From Actinomycetes bacterium (GTDB taxonomy: Bacteria > Actinomycetota > Actinomycetes > DATJPE01), in assembly GCA_031430645.1 (NCBI GenBank), contig JANPBY010000004.1:4337-68336 (forward strand): a stretch of DNA of 64,000 nucleotides. The letters are read 5' to 3'. Below the pieces are notes generated by a model. It saw only the letters and a program-made list of their open reading frames with translations. It did no database searches and was not told the DNA's origin. The translations under genes and the position numbers were made by a program. Of the stretch, positions 19,392 through 28,627 are shown piece by piece; position 1 is the stretch's first letter; each line of letters begins with the position of its first letter.

Positions 19392-20174
19392 ATGAGCCAG
19401 TTCGGCGGGTCTCCCCGCGACCAGGACTTCGGGTTCTTCACGACGCCAGTGAAGCCGTCAGGAGCAACGAGCCAGTTCGGAAGCGAGGTCGGGAACGCCG
19501 CCAACGAGGCGCCACTTCCCCCCGCCTTCGGGCTGCCGGCACCACCTCGACGAGCGCACGCTCAGCACACGCGGTCCAGGCGCCGACCCCTACTGTTCGT
19601 CCTCGCGGTTGTCCTCGCCCTCGTTGCCGGTTGGGCCGCCTACGGTGGAATGGTCCCGGGACTCAACCAGCAGGCTGACGCCGCCGCCAGCTTCGCCACA
19701 CCCGCGGCCAAGACCTACACCGTCGCGGCCCCTCGCACACTGCTCGGATGGAAACGAAGCTCAGGCGACCAGGCCAAGCAGATCGACCTGCTCCTCCGCT
19801 CGGCAGAGACCTTCCCCGACGACCAAGTCACCACGTTCCTCTACCTCAACTCGAAGAAGAAGCCCACGTTGTACGGCCAGGTCACTGCCGCCCCCGCCAG
19901 CAAGGCCCAGCAGAAAGCCTTCCTCGTGGGGATCTCCACCAGCCTCAGCGACGGCAGCAAGCGGACCAGCGTGAGTGCGTTCAAGAACTACAAACCAGGG
20001 GCGCTGGGTGGCGTTCTTCGTTGCGCGAAGCTCGGTACCACTCCGGCGAGCACTGCATGCGTCTTCTCCAACAGCGGCGCCTCGGGTCTCGTCGTCCTGG
20101 TCGGCCGGTCCGGAAACAGTGCCGTCGACAATGCGCGTCAGTCCCGCGAAGCCCTCGTCAAGCCCAGTGAGTAG
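19392..20174 (+). CDS. Uncharacterised single-pass membrane protein (paralog A)
   Basis: MSQFGG..DFGFF N-terminus, one TM, extracellular domain with PGALGGVLRC...TAC. Start set at ATG 19392 by comparison with paralog B; GTG 19368 is an alternative. Confidence 0.7.
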   Translation: MSQFGGSPRDQDFGFFTTPVKPSGATSQFGSEVGNAANEAPLPPAFGLPAPPRRAHAQHTRSRRRPLLFVLAVVLALVAGWAAYGGMVPGLNQQADAAASFATPAAKTYTVAAPRTLLGWKRSSGDQAKQIDLLLRSAETFPDDQVTTFLYLNSKKKPTLYGQVTAAPASKAQQKAFLVGISTSLSDGSKRTSVSAFKNYKPGALGGVLRCAKLGTTPASTACVFSNSGASGLVVLVGRSGNSAVDNARQSREALVKPSE

Positions 20175-20194
20175 CCCGGACGAAAGGGAAGGTC

Positions 20195-20908
20195 ATGAGC
20201 CAGTTCGGTGGGACTAGGCGTGCGGACGACTACGGCTTCTTCGGGCCGTCCAAGCCTTCTGGGACAAGTGGACAGTTCGGTGGTCCGCCCGCTACTGCGT
20301 CTCCCTCCCCGGCACCGTTGGCCGGGACCAACCCGGCGTTCGGTGCGCCCGCACCCGCGGGTTTCGACTATGCGTCACAACCCGCGTTCTCCGGCCCGGC
20401 CGGCCAGAAATCAGGGTTGGGTGCGGGCCGCGTTCTTGGCCTGCTCGGGATTGTTGCCCTGCTCCTCATCGCCGGTTGGTTCGGCTGGACGAGACACCAA
20501 TTGAGCCAACCGGTCCAGGTCCCTGCCACCCTGATCGGTCTCCCCCTGGCTTCCGATCCGGAGTTTGAAGCACTGGTTCTCGAGGCCGAGGATGGCGTGC
20601 GGCAACAAAACCCCGGCCGGCCTGCCGAAGCGGCCGCCTACGGCGCAGAGAACCAAGTGGCTGTGCTGGTCTTGGTCCGCGGCGAGGTCAGGATGGACCA
20701 GGAGTTTACGGACTTCGCGGCGTCATCAGGAGTCCCGGGCCTTTCGAGCCGGCAGGAGATCAACGGTGCCTCGTGTGTAGCGGATGCCGGGGGAACCGTC
20801 GCCTTCTGCGTCCGGAGCTCCCGGACCCTGACGGTCGAGGTAGCGACGATCGGCCGATCAATCAATGATGCTGCGGCCGCTGTCCAGGAAGTCTGGAGGC
20901 TTCAGTAG
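20195..20908 (+). CDS. Uncharacterised single-pass membrane protein (paralog B)
   Basis: MSQFGG..DYGFF N-terminus, one TM, extracellular domain with two Cys; purine-rich RBS. Confidence 0.72.
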   Translation: MSQFGGTRRADDYGFFGPSKPSGTSGQFGGPPATASPSPAPLAGTNPAFGAPAPAGFDYASQPAFSGPAGQKSGLGAGRVLGLLGIVALLLIAGWFGWTRHQLSQPVQVPATLIGLPLASDPEFEALVLEAEDGVRQQNPGRPAEAAAYGAENQVAVLVLVRGEVRMDQEFTDFAASSGVPGLSSRQEINGASCVADAGGTVAFCVRSSRTLTVEVATIGRSINDAAAAVQEVWRLQ

Positions 20909-20935
20909 GTCTGCGCGGCCCTAGGCGAGGACTGA

Positions 20936-22219
<1,284 letters not shown>

Positions 22220-22373
22220 CTCGAGAGTCTCCTTCGTGCCGGGGAAAGACGAATCCGACGGTACCCCGACACACCCTCACATGGCTCCCTCATTGTGCGG
22301 GCGCGTCGCCTTTTGCGCTCAGGGCGAACCTCCGCACCCATTCAGACCAACCCCGCAGCGAACTACAGAAAGA

Positions 22374-22473
22374 GGACGTGGCGTGAGGTCCGCGGTCCCG
22401 CAGAGTTCGTAGGGAGCTCGCCGTAGGCGGCGGGTGTAGAACTTGAAGGGAGTGCGGACCTCACGCCACGTCC
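22374..22473. repeat. Dispersed palindromic (REP/REPIN-like) element, copy 1
   Basis: Perfect 20-bp inverted repeat 22374-22393/22454-22473 around a 58-nt core (22396-22453) that is 55/58 identical to 46875-46932. Confidence 0.88.
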
Positions 22474-22497
22474 GGCTCTCACGACCAGAGAGCGAAC

Positions 22498-23187
22498 TCA
22501 GCTACCCACCGCAGTACCAGTACCCGCACCCGGCCGCCGCGTGCTCAGCACCTGATCGATGATCCCGTAGTCCAGCGCCATGCTGGCGGTGAGGATCTTG
22601 TCGCGCTCGATGTCCTTGTGGATCTCCTCGGTCGTCCGCGAGGTGTGGCTGGCGAGGATGGTCTCCATCTCGGCCCGCATCCGCAGGATCTCGTTGGCCT
22701 GGATCTCGATGTCAGAGGCCTGCCCACCACCCTCGGTGTAGGGCTGGTGGATGAGGATGCGGCTGTGCGGAAGCGCAAAACGCTTGCCGGGCGTGCCCGC
22801 AGCGAGGAGTACGGCGGCTGCGGAGGCCGCCTGGCCCAGACATACGGTTTGTACGTCGGGTCCGACGAACTGCATCGTGTCGTAGATCGCGGTCATCGCG
22901 GTGTAGGAGCCACCGGGGGAGTTGATGTAGATAGAGATGTCTCTGTCGGGGTCCATCGACTCCAGACAGAGCAGTTGCGCCATCACGTCGTCGGCCGAGG
23001 CATCGTCGATCTGCACCCCGAGGAAGATGATGCGCTCCTCGAACAGCTTCCCGTAGGGGTTGTACTCCCGAAAACCCTGCGCGGTGCGCTCGATGAAGTT
23101 GGGCAGGATGTAGCGCGCCTGCGGCGCAAAGTCGGTGTGCGACGTGCTCACAGTGGGCTCTCCGAACGGGCGTGGGTAAGAGGACAT
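22498..23187 (-). CDS. clpP2: ATP-dependent Clp protease proteolytic subunit (ClpP2-like)
   Basis: [16 protein letters not shown] (Ser), IHQP (His), IERDK (Asp); intact triad. Confidence 0.95.
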   Translation of the reverse strand: MSSYPRPFGEPTVSTSHTDFAPQARYILPNFIERTAQGFREYNPYGKLFEERIIFLGVQIDDASADDVMAQLLCLESMDPDRDISIYINSPGGSYTAMTAIYDTMQFVGPDVQTVCLGQAASAAAVLLAAGTPGKRFALPHSRILIHQPYTEGGGQASDIEIQANEILRMRAEMETILASHTSRTTEEIHKDIERDKILTASMALDYGIIDQVLSTRRPGAGTGTAVGS

Positions 23188-23849
23188 CAGGCGGTGCCAC
23201 CTTCGCCGGTGACGTCGCCGGCGCTGGCGACTACGTGGTCGACGAGGCCGTAGGCACGGGCGTCCTCAGCCGAGAACCAGGTCTCGATGTCGGAGTCTTC
23301 GCGGATCCGTTCAGCGGTTTGGCCGGTGTGCTGGGCGATCAGGTCTTCCATCTGGCGCTTGATGAGCAGCGACTGCTCAGCCTGCTTCTGGATGAAGGAC
23401 GCGGTGCCACCGATGCCGGACGATGGCTGGTGCATCATGATGCGGGTGTGTGGCAGGGCGTAGCGCTTGCCGTTGGTGCCGGCGCACAACAGGAACTGGC
23501 CCATCGACGCGGCCATCCCCATGGCGACGGTCGCCACGTCGTTCTTGACGAACTGCATGGTGTCGTAGATCGCCATGCCCGCCGACACCGAGCCGCCGGG
23601 TGAGTTGATGTAGAGGAAGATCTCCTTGTCGGGATCCTCGGCTGCGAGCAGCAGGAGCTGGGCGCAGATCTGGTTGGCCATCTCATCCTCGACCACGCCC
23701 TTGACGAAGATGATGCGATCGCGCAGCAGTCGCTCGTAGACGGAATCGCCCAGCCCGAAGCCACCACCACCTTGCGGCGCACGGTTGTCGGCGAGCACGA
23801 CGGCGTCGCTGCCCAGAGGCTGCTGGGTCCCAGTGTGCTGGTGCGTCAT
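23187..23849 (-). CDS. clpP1: Clp protease proteolytic subunit (ClpP1-like), divergent at the catalytic Asp
   Basis: [22 protein letters not shown]; DSDIETWF where DSDRDRWF is typical. Confidence 0.92.
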   Translation of the reverse strand: MTHQHTGTQQPLGSDAVVLADNRAPQGGGGFGLGDSVYERLLRDRIIFVKGVVEDEMANQICAQLLLLAAEDPDKEIFLYINSPGGSVSAGMAIYDTMQFVKNDVATVAMGMAASMGQFLLCAGTNGKRYALPHTRIMMHQPSSGIGGTASFIQKQAEQSLLIKRQMEDLIAQHTGQTAERIREDSDIETWFSAEDARAYGLVDHVVASAGDVTGEGGTA

Positions 23850-23884
23850 GCGGGCATCACCCTTCGTCAGGTCGGTCTCTTTCG

Positions 23885-23943
23885 ACCCTAACGCCAGGAC
23901 ACCCCCGTGCCATCCGCTGGCACGGGGGTGTTCGCTGACGGGG
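23885..23943 (-). promoter_or_regulatory. clpP1 promoter: -10 TAGGGT plus a ClgR-like operator
   Basis: TAGGGT at 23885-23890 (minus strand). GTTCGC-N5-GGG at 23930-23943 (plus strand) matches the actinobacterial ClgR motif GTTCGC-N5-GCG at 8 of 9 positions. Confidence 0.5.
23899..23931. terminator. Perfect 14-bp hairpin between the acidic ORF and clpP1
   Basis: ACACCCCCGTGCCA-TCCGC-TGGCACGGGGGTGT. Confidence 0.55.
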
Positions 23944-23984
23944 TAACTCCCGCCAGGACGTTCTGACGTACCGAAGCTCGGGAC

Positions 23985-24260
23985 TCAGGCCTCTTCGTGC
24001 GCAATCGCCACGTTGCCGTCGGCGTCGGCCACAGCGATGGTTTCCGACACAACCTGCAGGTCACCGTTGTCATCGGCGACGGCGATCGTCTCTTCCATGA
24101 TCACGTCGCCCGCTTCGTCAGCAGCGATGATCGTGTCATCAACGGCCACGATGTTGCCGTCTTCATCGATGACCTCGACGAGGTCCTCCACGACGGCGAT
24201 GCCATCCTCAGTTACTCCACTGGTGATCTCTTCGACAATCTCGAAGCCTTCGCCGTTCAC
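23985..24260 (-). CDS. Small acidic repeat protein (91 aa), unknown function
   Basis: Strong GGGAGG RBS before GTG; TAGGTT -10 at 24308-24313; 27 Asp/Glu and no Lys/Arg; periodic DxDG turns. Confidence 0.75.
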   Translation of the reverse strand: MNGEGFEIVEEITSGVTEDGIAVVEDLVEVIDEDGNIVAVDDTIIAADEAGDVIMEETIAVADDNGDLQVVSETIAVADADGNVAIAHEEA

Positions 24261-24359
24261 GAGTCCTCCCGGACCTAGCCCTTGTACGGCCGGGCGGCCG
24301 CGCGCTGAACCTAGCGCAGCACCCAGGCGGAGGCGACGTGGATCCGGAAGTCGCAGATT

Positions 24360-25616
24360 TCAGGCTTCGGCGAGCGCGTCAAGGTCTACGGCATTGCCTG
24401 CCGTGTCCACGATGGTGGCGCCCTCGAGAACCCTGGCCAGTGCCTTGGCTCGGATGACCTCGCCCATGATCGCCGGCACCTGACCGGCCTCGACCAGGGC
24501 CTGGGCGAAGGCATCCGGCGTCATGCCGTAGCGCGGCGCCTGGCGGATGAGGTACTCGGAGAGCTCGCCCTCCTCGGGCTGGAGCTCTTCCTTCGATGCG
24601 ATCTCGTCGAGCACGAACTGTGCGGTGAGGTTCTTCCGCGTGGTCTCGATGAACTGGTCGCGGTGCTCGTCGTCACCGTGCCCATCCCCGAAGTGCGACT
24701 CGACCTCGGCGTCTACGAGGGCCTGAGGCAGCGGGACGTCGACGAGGGAGAGCAACTTCTCAAGCAGCGCATCGCGGGCCTCGACTCCCTGCTGCATGCG
24801 CTTCACGCGCCCGAGGCGCTCGCGGAGGTCCTCGCGTAGTTCGTCGAGGGTGTCGAACTCACTGGCGAGCTGGGCGAAGTCATCATTGAGGTCGGGCAGC
24901 TCGCGTTCACGAACGGACTGGACGGTCACCGCGATGTCGGCAGGAGCTTCTTCGCCGTCGTTCAACTCGGTCTCGAAGGTGACGTCTTCGCCGGCACTCA
25001 CGCCGACCACCACGTCGTCGAGGCCGTCGAGCAGGTCGCCGCTGCCGACCTCGTAGGACAGCCCGGCGGCAGTCGCGTCCTCGATCGCCTCGCCGTCGCG
25101 GCTAGCCGCGAGGTCGAGGGTCAGGAAGTCGCCGGTCTGCGCAGCCCGCTCGACCGGGGTCAAGGTCGCGAAGCGCGCGCGCAGCGCTTCAACCTGCTCG
25201 TCGACGTCAGAATCGGAGACGACGACCTCAGCGACCTCCACCTCGAGCCCGTTGTAGTCGGGGAGCTCGATCTCGGGGCGGCAGTCCACCTCGGCGGTGA
25301 ACTTCAGATCAGACCCGTCCGCGAACTCGGTGACATCGACGTCCGGCTGCCCGAGCACGCGCACCTCGTGCTCGCGTACGGCAGCGCCGTACGCGTCTGG
25401 GAGGTAGGCGTTGACTGCCTCGTCGAGCACCACCCCACGGCCGAACCGCTGGTCGATGAGCGAGGTCGGAACCTTGCCCTTGCGGAAGCCCGGGATCTGG
25501 ACCTGGGCGCCAATCCGCTTGTAGGCCTCGTCGAGGCTCGGCTTGAGCTCCTCGAAGGGCACCTCGACGGTCAGGCGGACCCGCGTCGGGGTCAGGGTCT
25601 CGACGTCACTCTTCAC
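24360..25616 (-). CDS. tig: Trigger factor
   Basis: MKSDVETLTPTRVRLTVEVPF, IPGFRKGKVP ribosome-binding motif, FKBP-like middle domain. Confidence 0.96.
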   Translation of the reverse strand: MKSDVETLTPTRVRLTVEVPFEELKPSLDEAYKRIGAQVQIPGFRKGKVPTSLIDQRFGRGVVLDEAVNAYLPDAYGAAVREHEVRVLGQPDVDVTEFADGSDLKFTAEVDCRPEIELPDYNGLEVEVAEVVVSDSDVDEQVEALRARFATLTPVERAAQTGDFLTLDLAASRDGEAIEDATAAGLSYEVGSGDLLDGLDDVVVGVSAGEDVTFETELNDGEEAPADIAVTVQSVRERELPDLNDDFAQLASEFDTLDELREDLRERLGRVKRMQQGVEARDALLEKLLSLVDVPLPQALVDAEVESHFGDGHGDDEHRDQFIETTRKNLTAQFVLDEIASKEELQPEEGELSEYLIRQAPRYGMTPDAFAQALVEAGQVPAIMGEVIRAKALARVLEGATIVDTAGNAVDLDALAEA

Positions 25617-25700
25617 GGTGCTCGTGTGCTCCTCGGTCGTCGGTCGGGCAGTGCTTCGTCAGTCGTACGTCCTGCGCACGGCCCAACGATCTGGCATGAG

Positions 25701-25773
25701 TCGGGGCGGGGAGACTCGAACTCCCGATTTCCTGCCCCCAAAGCAGGCGCGCTAGCCACTACGCCACGCCCCG
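25701..25773 (-). tRNA. tRNA-Pro(TGG)
   Basis: Acceptor CGGGGCG/CGCCCCG, anticodon arm CCTGC-TTTGGGG-GCAGG, GTTCGAG T-loop; CCA not encoded. Confidence 0.95.
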
Positions 25774-25824
25774 CGGCTCGCGGTCTAGTCTAGAGGCACC
25801 GGCGGGGCTCAGAATCCGCCGCGT

Positions 25825-25898
25825 GCGGGTGTAGCTCAATGGTAGAGCCCCAGCCTTCCAAGCTGGCCATGCCGGTTCGATCCCGGTCACCCGCTCCA
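25825..25898 (+). tRNA. tRNA-Gly(TCC)
   Basis: GCGGGTG acceptor, CCAGC-CTTCCAA-GCTGG anticodon arm, GGTTCGATCC, 3' CCA. Confidence 0.96.
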
Positions 25899-25986
25899 GC
25901 GTGGAGACCCCCCGTTGAGCGGGGACACCAAGTTCACGCCTCCGCCAACACGGCCGGGAGTCGCTCTTGAGACCGCTACGTTGCCC

Positions 25987-26237
25987 CTATTGACCGTTCG
26001 GTATTCGGATGTGACAGGCGTCCACGTCGTCCACCTGGATGGACGCATCGGGAATGACAGGCGCAGTTGCGTCACGAGTCATGAGACTGAGCTGGGCCTG
26101 CGGCCTTTCCCGGTCGGCCAATGTGATGATCCACCCGTGATCCATCACCGGCTGCAACCCGAACACATCGCCGTAGAAGGCCGTCGCCGCCTCTAGTGAA
26201 TCACTTGAGAAATCTGCACCACTCGCTGAACGCTCAT
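25987..26237 (-). pseudogene. VOC/glyoxalase family protein, frameshifted and 3'-truncated
   Basis: ATG 26237 gives MSVQRVV, then a 1-nt shift into ADFSSDSLEAATAFYGDVFGL..MDHGWI...DASIQVDDVDA; stops before the final WG..RFFVRDPDG strand. Confidence 0.7.
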
Positions 26238-26276
26238 GTGCTCCATCCTCCACTTCCAGGTCGAGGGTCGACCGGC

Positions 26277-26318
26277 GCCCAGCGCCCAGAGCCCAGAGCC
26301 CAGAGCCCAGAGCCCAGC
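26277..26318 (+). repeat. Heptamer tandem repeat GCCCAG(A/C) x6
   Basis: GCCCAGC (GCCCAGA)x4 GCCCAGC, intergenic. Confidence 0.9.
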
Positions 26319-26426
26319 AAGGGATCCTTCCCGGCAGGGATCACGTCACTCTGAAACTGGGACCTCGAGACGTCTGATGTCTCCACTACGTGGGGTCAGT
26401 CTCGCTGCACGACGCGCTCGTCTCAC

Positions 26427-27050
26427 TTAGCCTGATCCGTGGGTCGAGGACAGGAACGTGGCTACGGCGGCCTTCACATGGTCTCGTTGGGCCTGTGTCG
26501 ACGGGATGGCGTCGTCCCCCAGAAACATGGCGTCGTTGACTGGGGCACCCATGACCAGCCAGTTGAGTTGGGTGGCGGCCAGTCTCGGGTCAGGGACGGC
26601 CAAGAGATCGCGGTCGTCGAGGTCGGCAAGCATTTGGGCCAGCCCGGTGACAGCCCGCTGGGGGCCATGCTCGAAAACGGCCCGGGCTAGTTCGGGGAAT
26701 CGAGGGACCTCACCTATCACCAATCTTCGAAGACGCAGCATGCGCGGTTGCAGCACCGCCGCCAGTTGCCGGCTCAGTATCGACTCGAGCGCCGGCGCGA
26801 TGCGGTCGCTTGACTCGACGGGGACAGCGTCGACCTGGTGCACGTCGTCGCCTGCCAGACGGGTCATCGAAGTGACAAGCTCGATGAAGAGTTGTTCCTT
26901 GGTGCCGAAGTGCGCGTACACGGTCTGTTTTGAGACCCCGGAGGAGTGTGCGAGGTCGTCCATGGTCACGCTGTCGTAGTGGGCGGTGAGGAATGCTTCC
27001 TCCGCCGACGCCAAGATGGCTCGCCGTTTCGCGACTGAGCTGGGACGCAT
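26427..27050 (-). CDS. TetR/AcrR family transcriptional regulator
   Basis: HTH VTMDDLAHSSGVSKQTVYAHFGTKEQLF; C-terminal LRRLVIGE..RFPEL; TATGAT -10 upstream. Confidence 0.92.
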   Translation of the reverse strand: MRPSSVAKRRAILASAEEAFLTAHYDSVTMDDLAHSSGVSKQTVYAHFGTKEQLFIELVTSMTRLAGDDVHQVDAVPVESSDRIAPALESILSRQLAAVLQPRMLRLRRLVIGEVPRFPELARAVFEHGPQRAVTGLAQMLADLDDRDLLAVPDPRLAATQLNWLVMGAPVNDAMFLGDDAIPSTQAQRDHVKAAVATFLSSTHGSG

Positions 27051-27135
27051 CTTGGTTGCGTGTTGACCAATCATACTCAACAGTCTAGTGTCTAAATATT
27101 GATCGAGATAGTCCAGAAACTCAGGAGGCAAGACC

Positions 27136-27975
27136 ATGACCGGCTTCAGAACCGCCAACTCTCGGGACGGCACCACCATTGCCTACGAGGTGACCGGCGG
27201 AGGCCCGCCGCTGGTGTACGTCACGGGTGCCATCTGTCACCGTACGTTCCGCCCGGTCCGGCAAGGCGCCTCGGTATTTTCCCAGTCCTTCCAGGTGTTG
27301 TCTTACGACCGACGCGGACGCGGAGACTCGACCGACACCGCGCCTTGGTCGCTGGACCGCGAAGTCGAGGATCTCGAGGCGCTCATCGACACGATAGGAG
27401 GACGAGTATTCCTCTACGGCCACTCATCGGGGGCGGTGCTAGCCCTGCACGCGGCACAAAGGCTCGCGCCGAAGGTAGAGGCGGTAGTTCTATACGACGC
27501 ATCCTGGGTCGCCGACGAGGCTGACGCCGCTCGCTACTCCCAAGTGTGTGCCGGGGTGAACGCCCTTCTCGACGAAAGACGTGGTGGGGCCGCGATCAAG
27601 CGCTTTCTTGTGGGAATCGGCATGCCCAGGCTGTTCGCTGCTCTGCTGCCGTTCACACCGGGGTGGCGTCGGCTCGTAGCGCTAGCACCCACACTCCGCT
27701 ACGACATGTCCCTCACCGGGGCGCCGCCACCGTTGGACGTCGCCGCGATGGTGCGGGTGCCAACCCACGTGATGGTCGGTGAACGCAGCCCCGAGGAGCT
27801 GCACCGTGTCGCCGACGCCCTAGGCGCGACCATCCCCGGCGCTACTCGCGAAACCTTGGCCGGTCAGGATCACATGGTCTCCGAGGAGGTGCTGCTGCCG
27901 AGCCTGGTGCGTCACTTACATCCGAGCGATGAGCAGGCACCATCCCCAGACATTCGCCCTGTTGGTGGCTCCTGA
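27136..27975 (+). CDS. Alpha/beta fold hydrolase
   Basis: SRDGTTIAYEVTGGGP, YDRRGRGDS, GHSSG nucleophile elbow, GQDH; divergent from TetR. Confidence 0.9.
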   Translation: MTGFRTANSRDGTTIAYEVTGGGPPLVYVTGAICHRTFRPVRQGASVFSQSFQVLSYDRRGRGDSTDTAPWSLDREVEDLEALIDTIGGRVFLYGHSSGAVLALHAAQRLAPKVEAVVLYDASWVADEADAARYSQVCAGVNALLDERRGGAAIKRFLVGIGMPRLFAALLPFTPGWRRLVALAPTLRYDMSLTGAPPPLDVAAMVRVPTHVMVGERSPEELHRVADALGATIPGATRETLAGQDHMVSEEVLLPSLVRHLHPSDEQAPSPDIRPVGGS

Positions 27976-28330
27976 CGGGCTGACGCTCTCGGCCTCAAGC
28001 GCGCCCATAGAGCCCCGGTGCGGGAGATCACGGATCGGAAGCCCTCACCGCCAGTGAACTCGACTAGTAGGGCTCGTCTTCAACGAGCACTCCACGACGG
28101 GATCTCCTCCGCTCGCGCCGCGCAAACTGCTCGCCGGGCGACGATGGTTGTACCGGTCAAGGAGAGCTACAACCTGAGCGGAGACGCCGTGGCGGTCGGG
28201 CGTTCGGGCGTCGCACGCTCGGGGAGACTGAGAACCCGCCTGACTGACACTTCGTATCACACGACTGCATCGGCTAGACGCCCTGGGCGGCTTGCTCGGG
28301 TCTCGCGGTAGGGCCTGTCGGTGCCCTTGG

Positions 28331-28549
28331 TCATCGCGGCAGCAGGAGGACCGACTGATTGCGCAGAGGGCTCCAGAGGCTGCCCACTACCCCGAGCACT
28401 GCCGCGATCGCCAGCACGAAGAGACCGATGGTCAGAAGGCTTACGACACCGAAACTCAAAACTGCTCCGGTCACCGCCCACCACAGGTACGCCCACCAGG
28501 TCGGGGGCGCTGAGCGGTTTGCGCTGGAAGAGAAGTCGAAGACTGGGTC
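28331..28549 (-). pseudogene. Degraded small membrane protein fragment
   Basis: Frame without a usable start encodes WWAYLWWAVTGAVLSFGVVSLLTIGLFVLAIAAVLGVVG (TM pair); the nearby GTG at 28551 is out of frame. Confidence 0.3.
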
Positions 28550-28627
28550 ACGACTCAGTTCTCGATGTCAACTGCGCCGAGCGCGTTGCTGGGTGCAGCC
28601 GCTTCGACGGAGCCGTGGTTCGTTAGC

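Noticed and set aside
25701-25773. tRNA-Pro lacking an encoded CCA
   Set aside because: Common in actinobacteria; CCA is added post-transcriptionally.
27073-27089. TetR operator in the TetR/hydrolase divergent region (ACTCAACAGTCTAGT)
   Set aside because: Only 5 of 7 pairs are palindromic; plausible but too weak to call.
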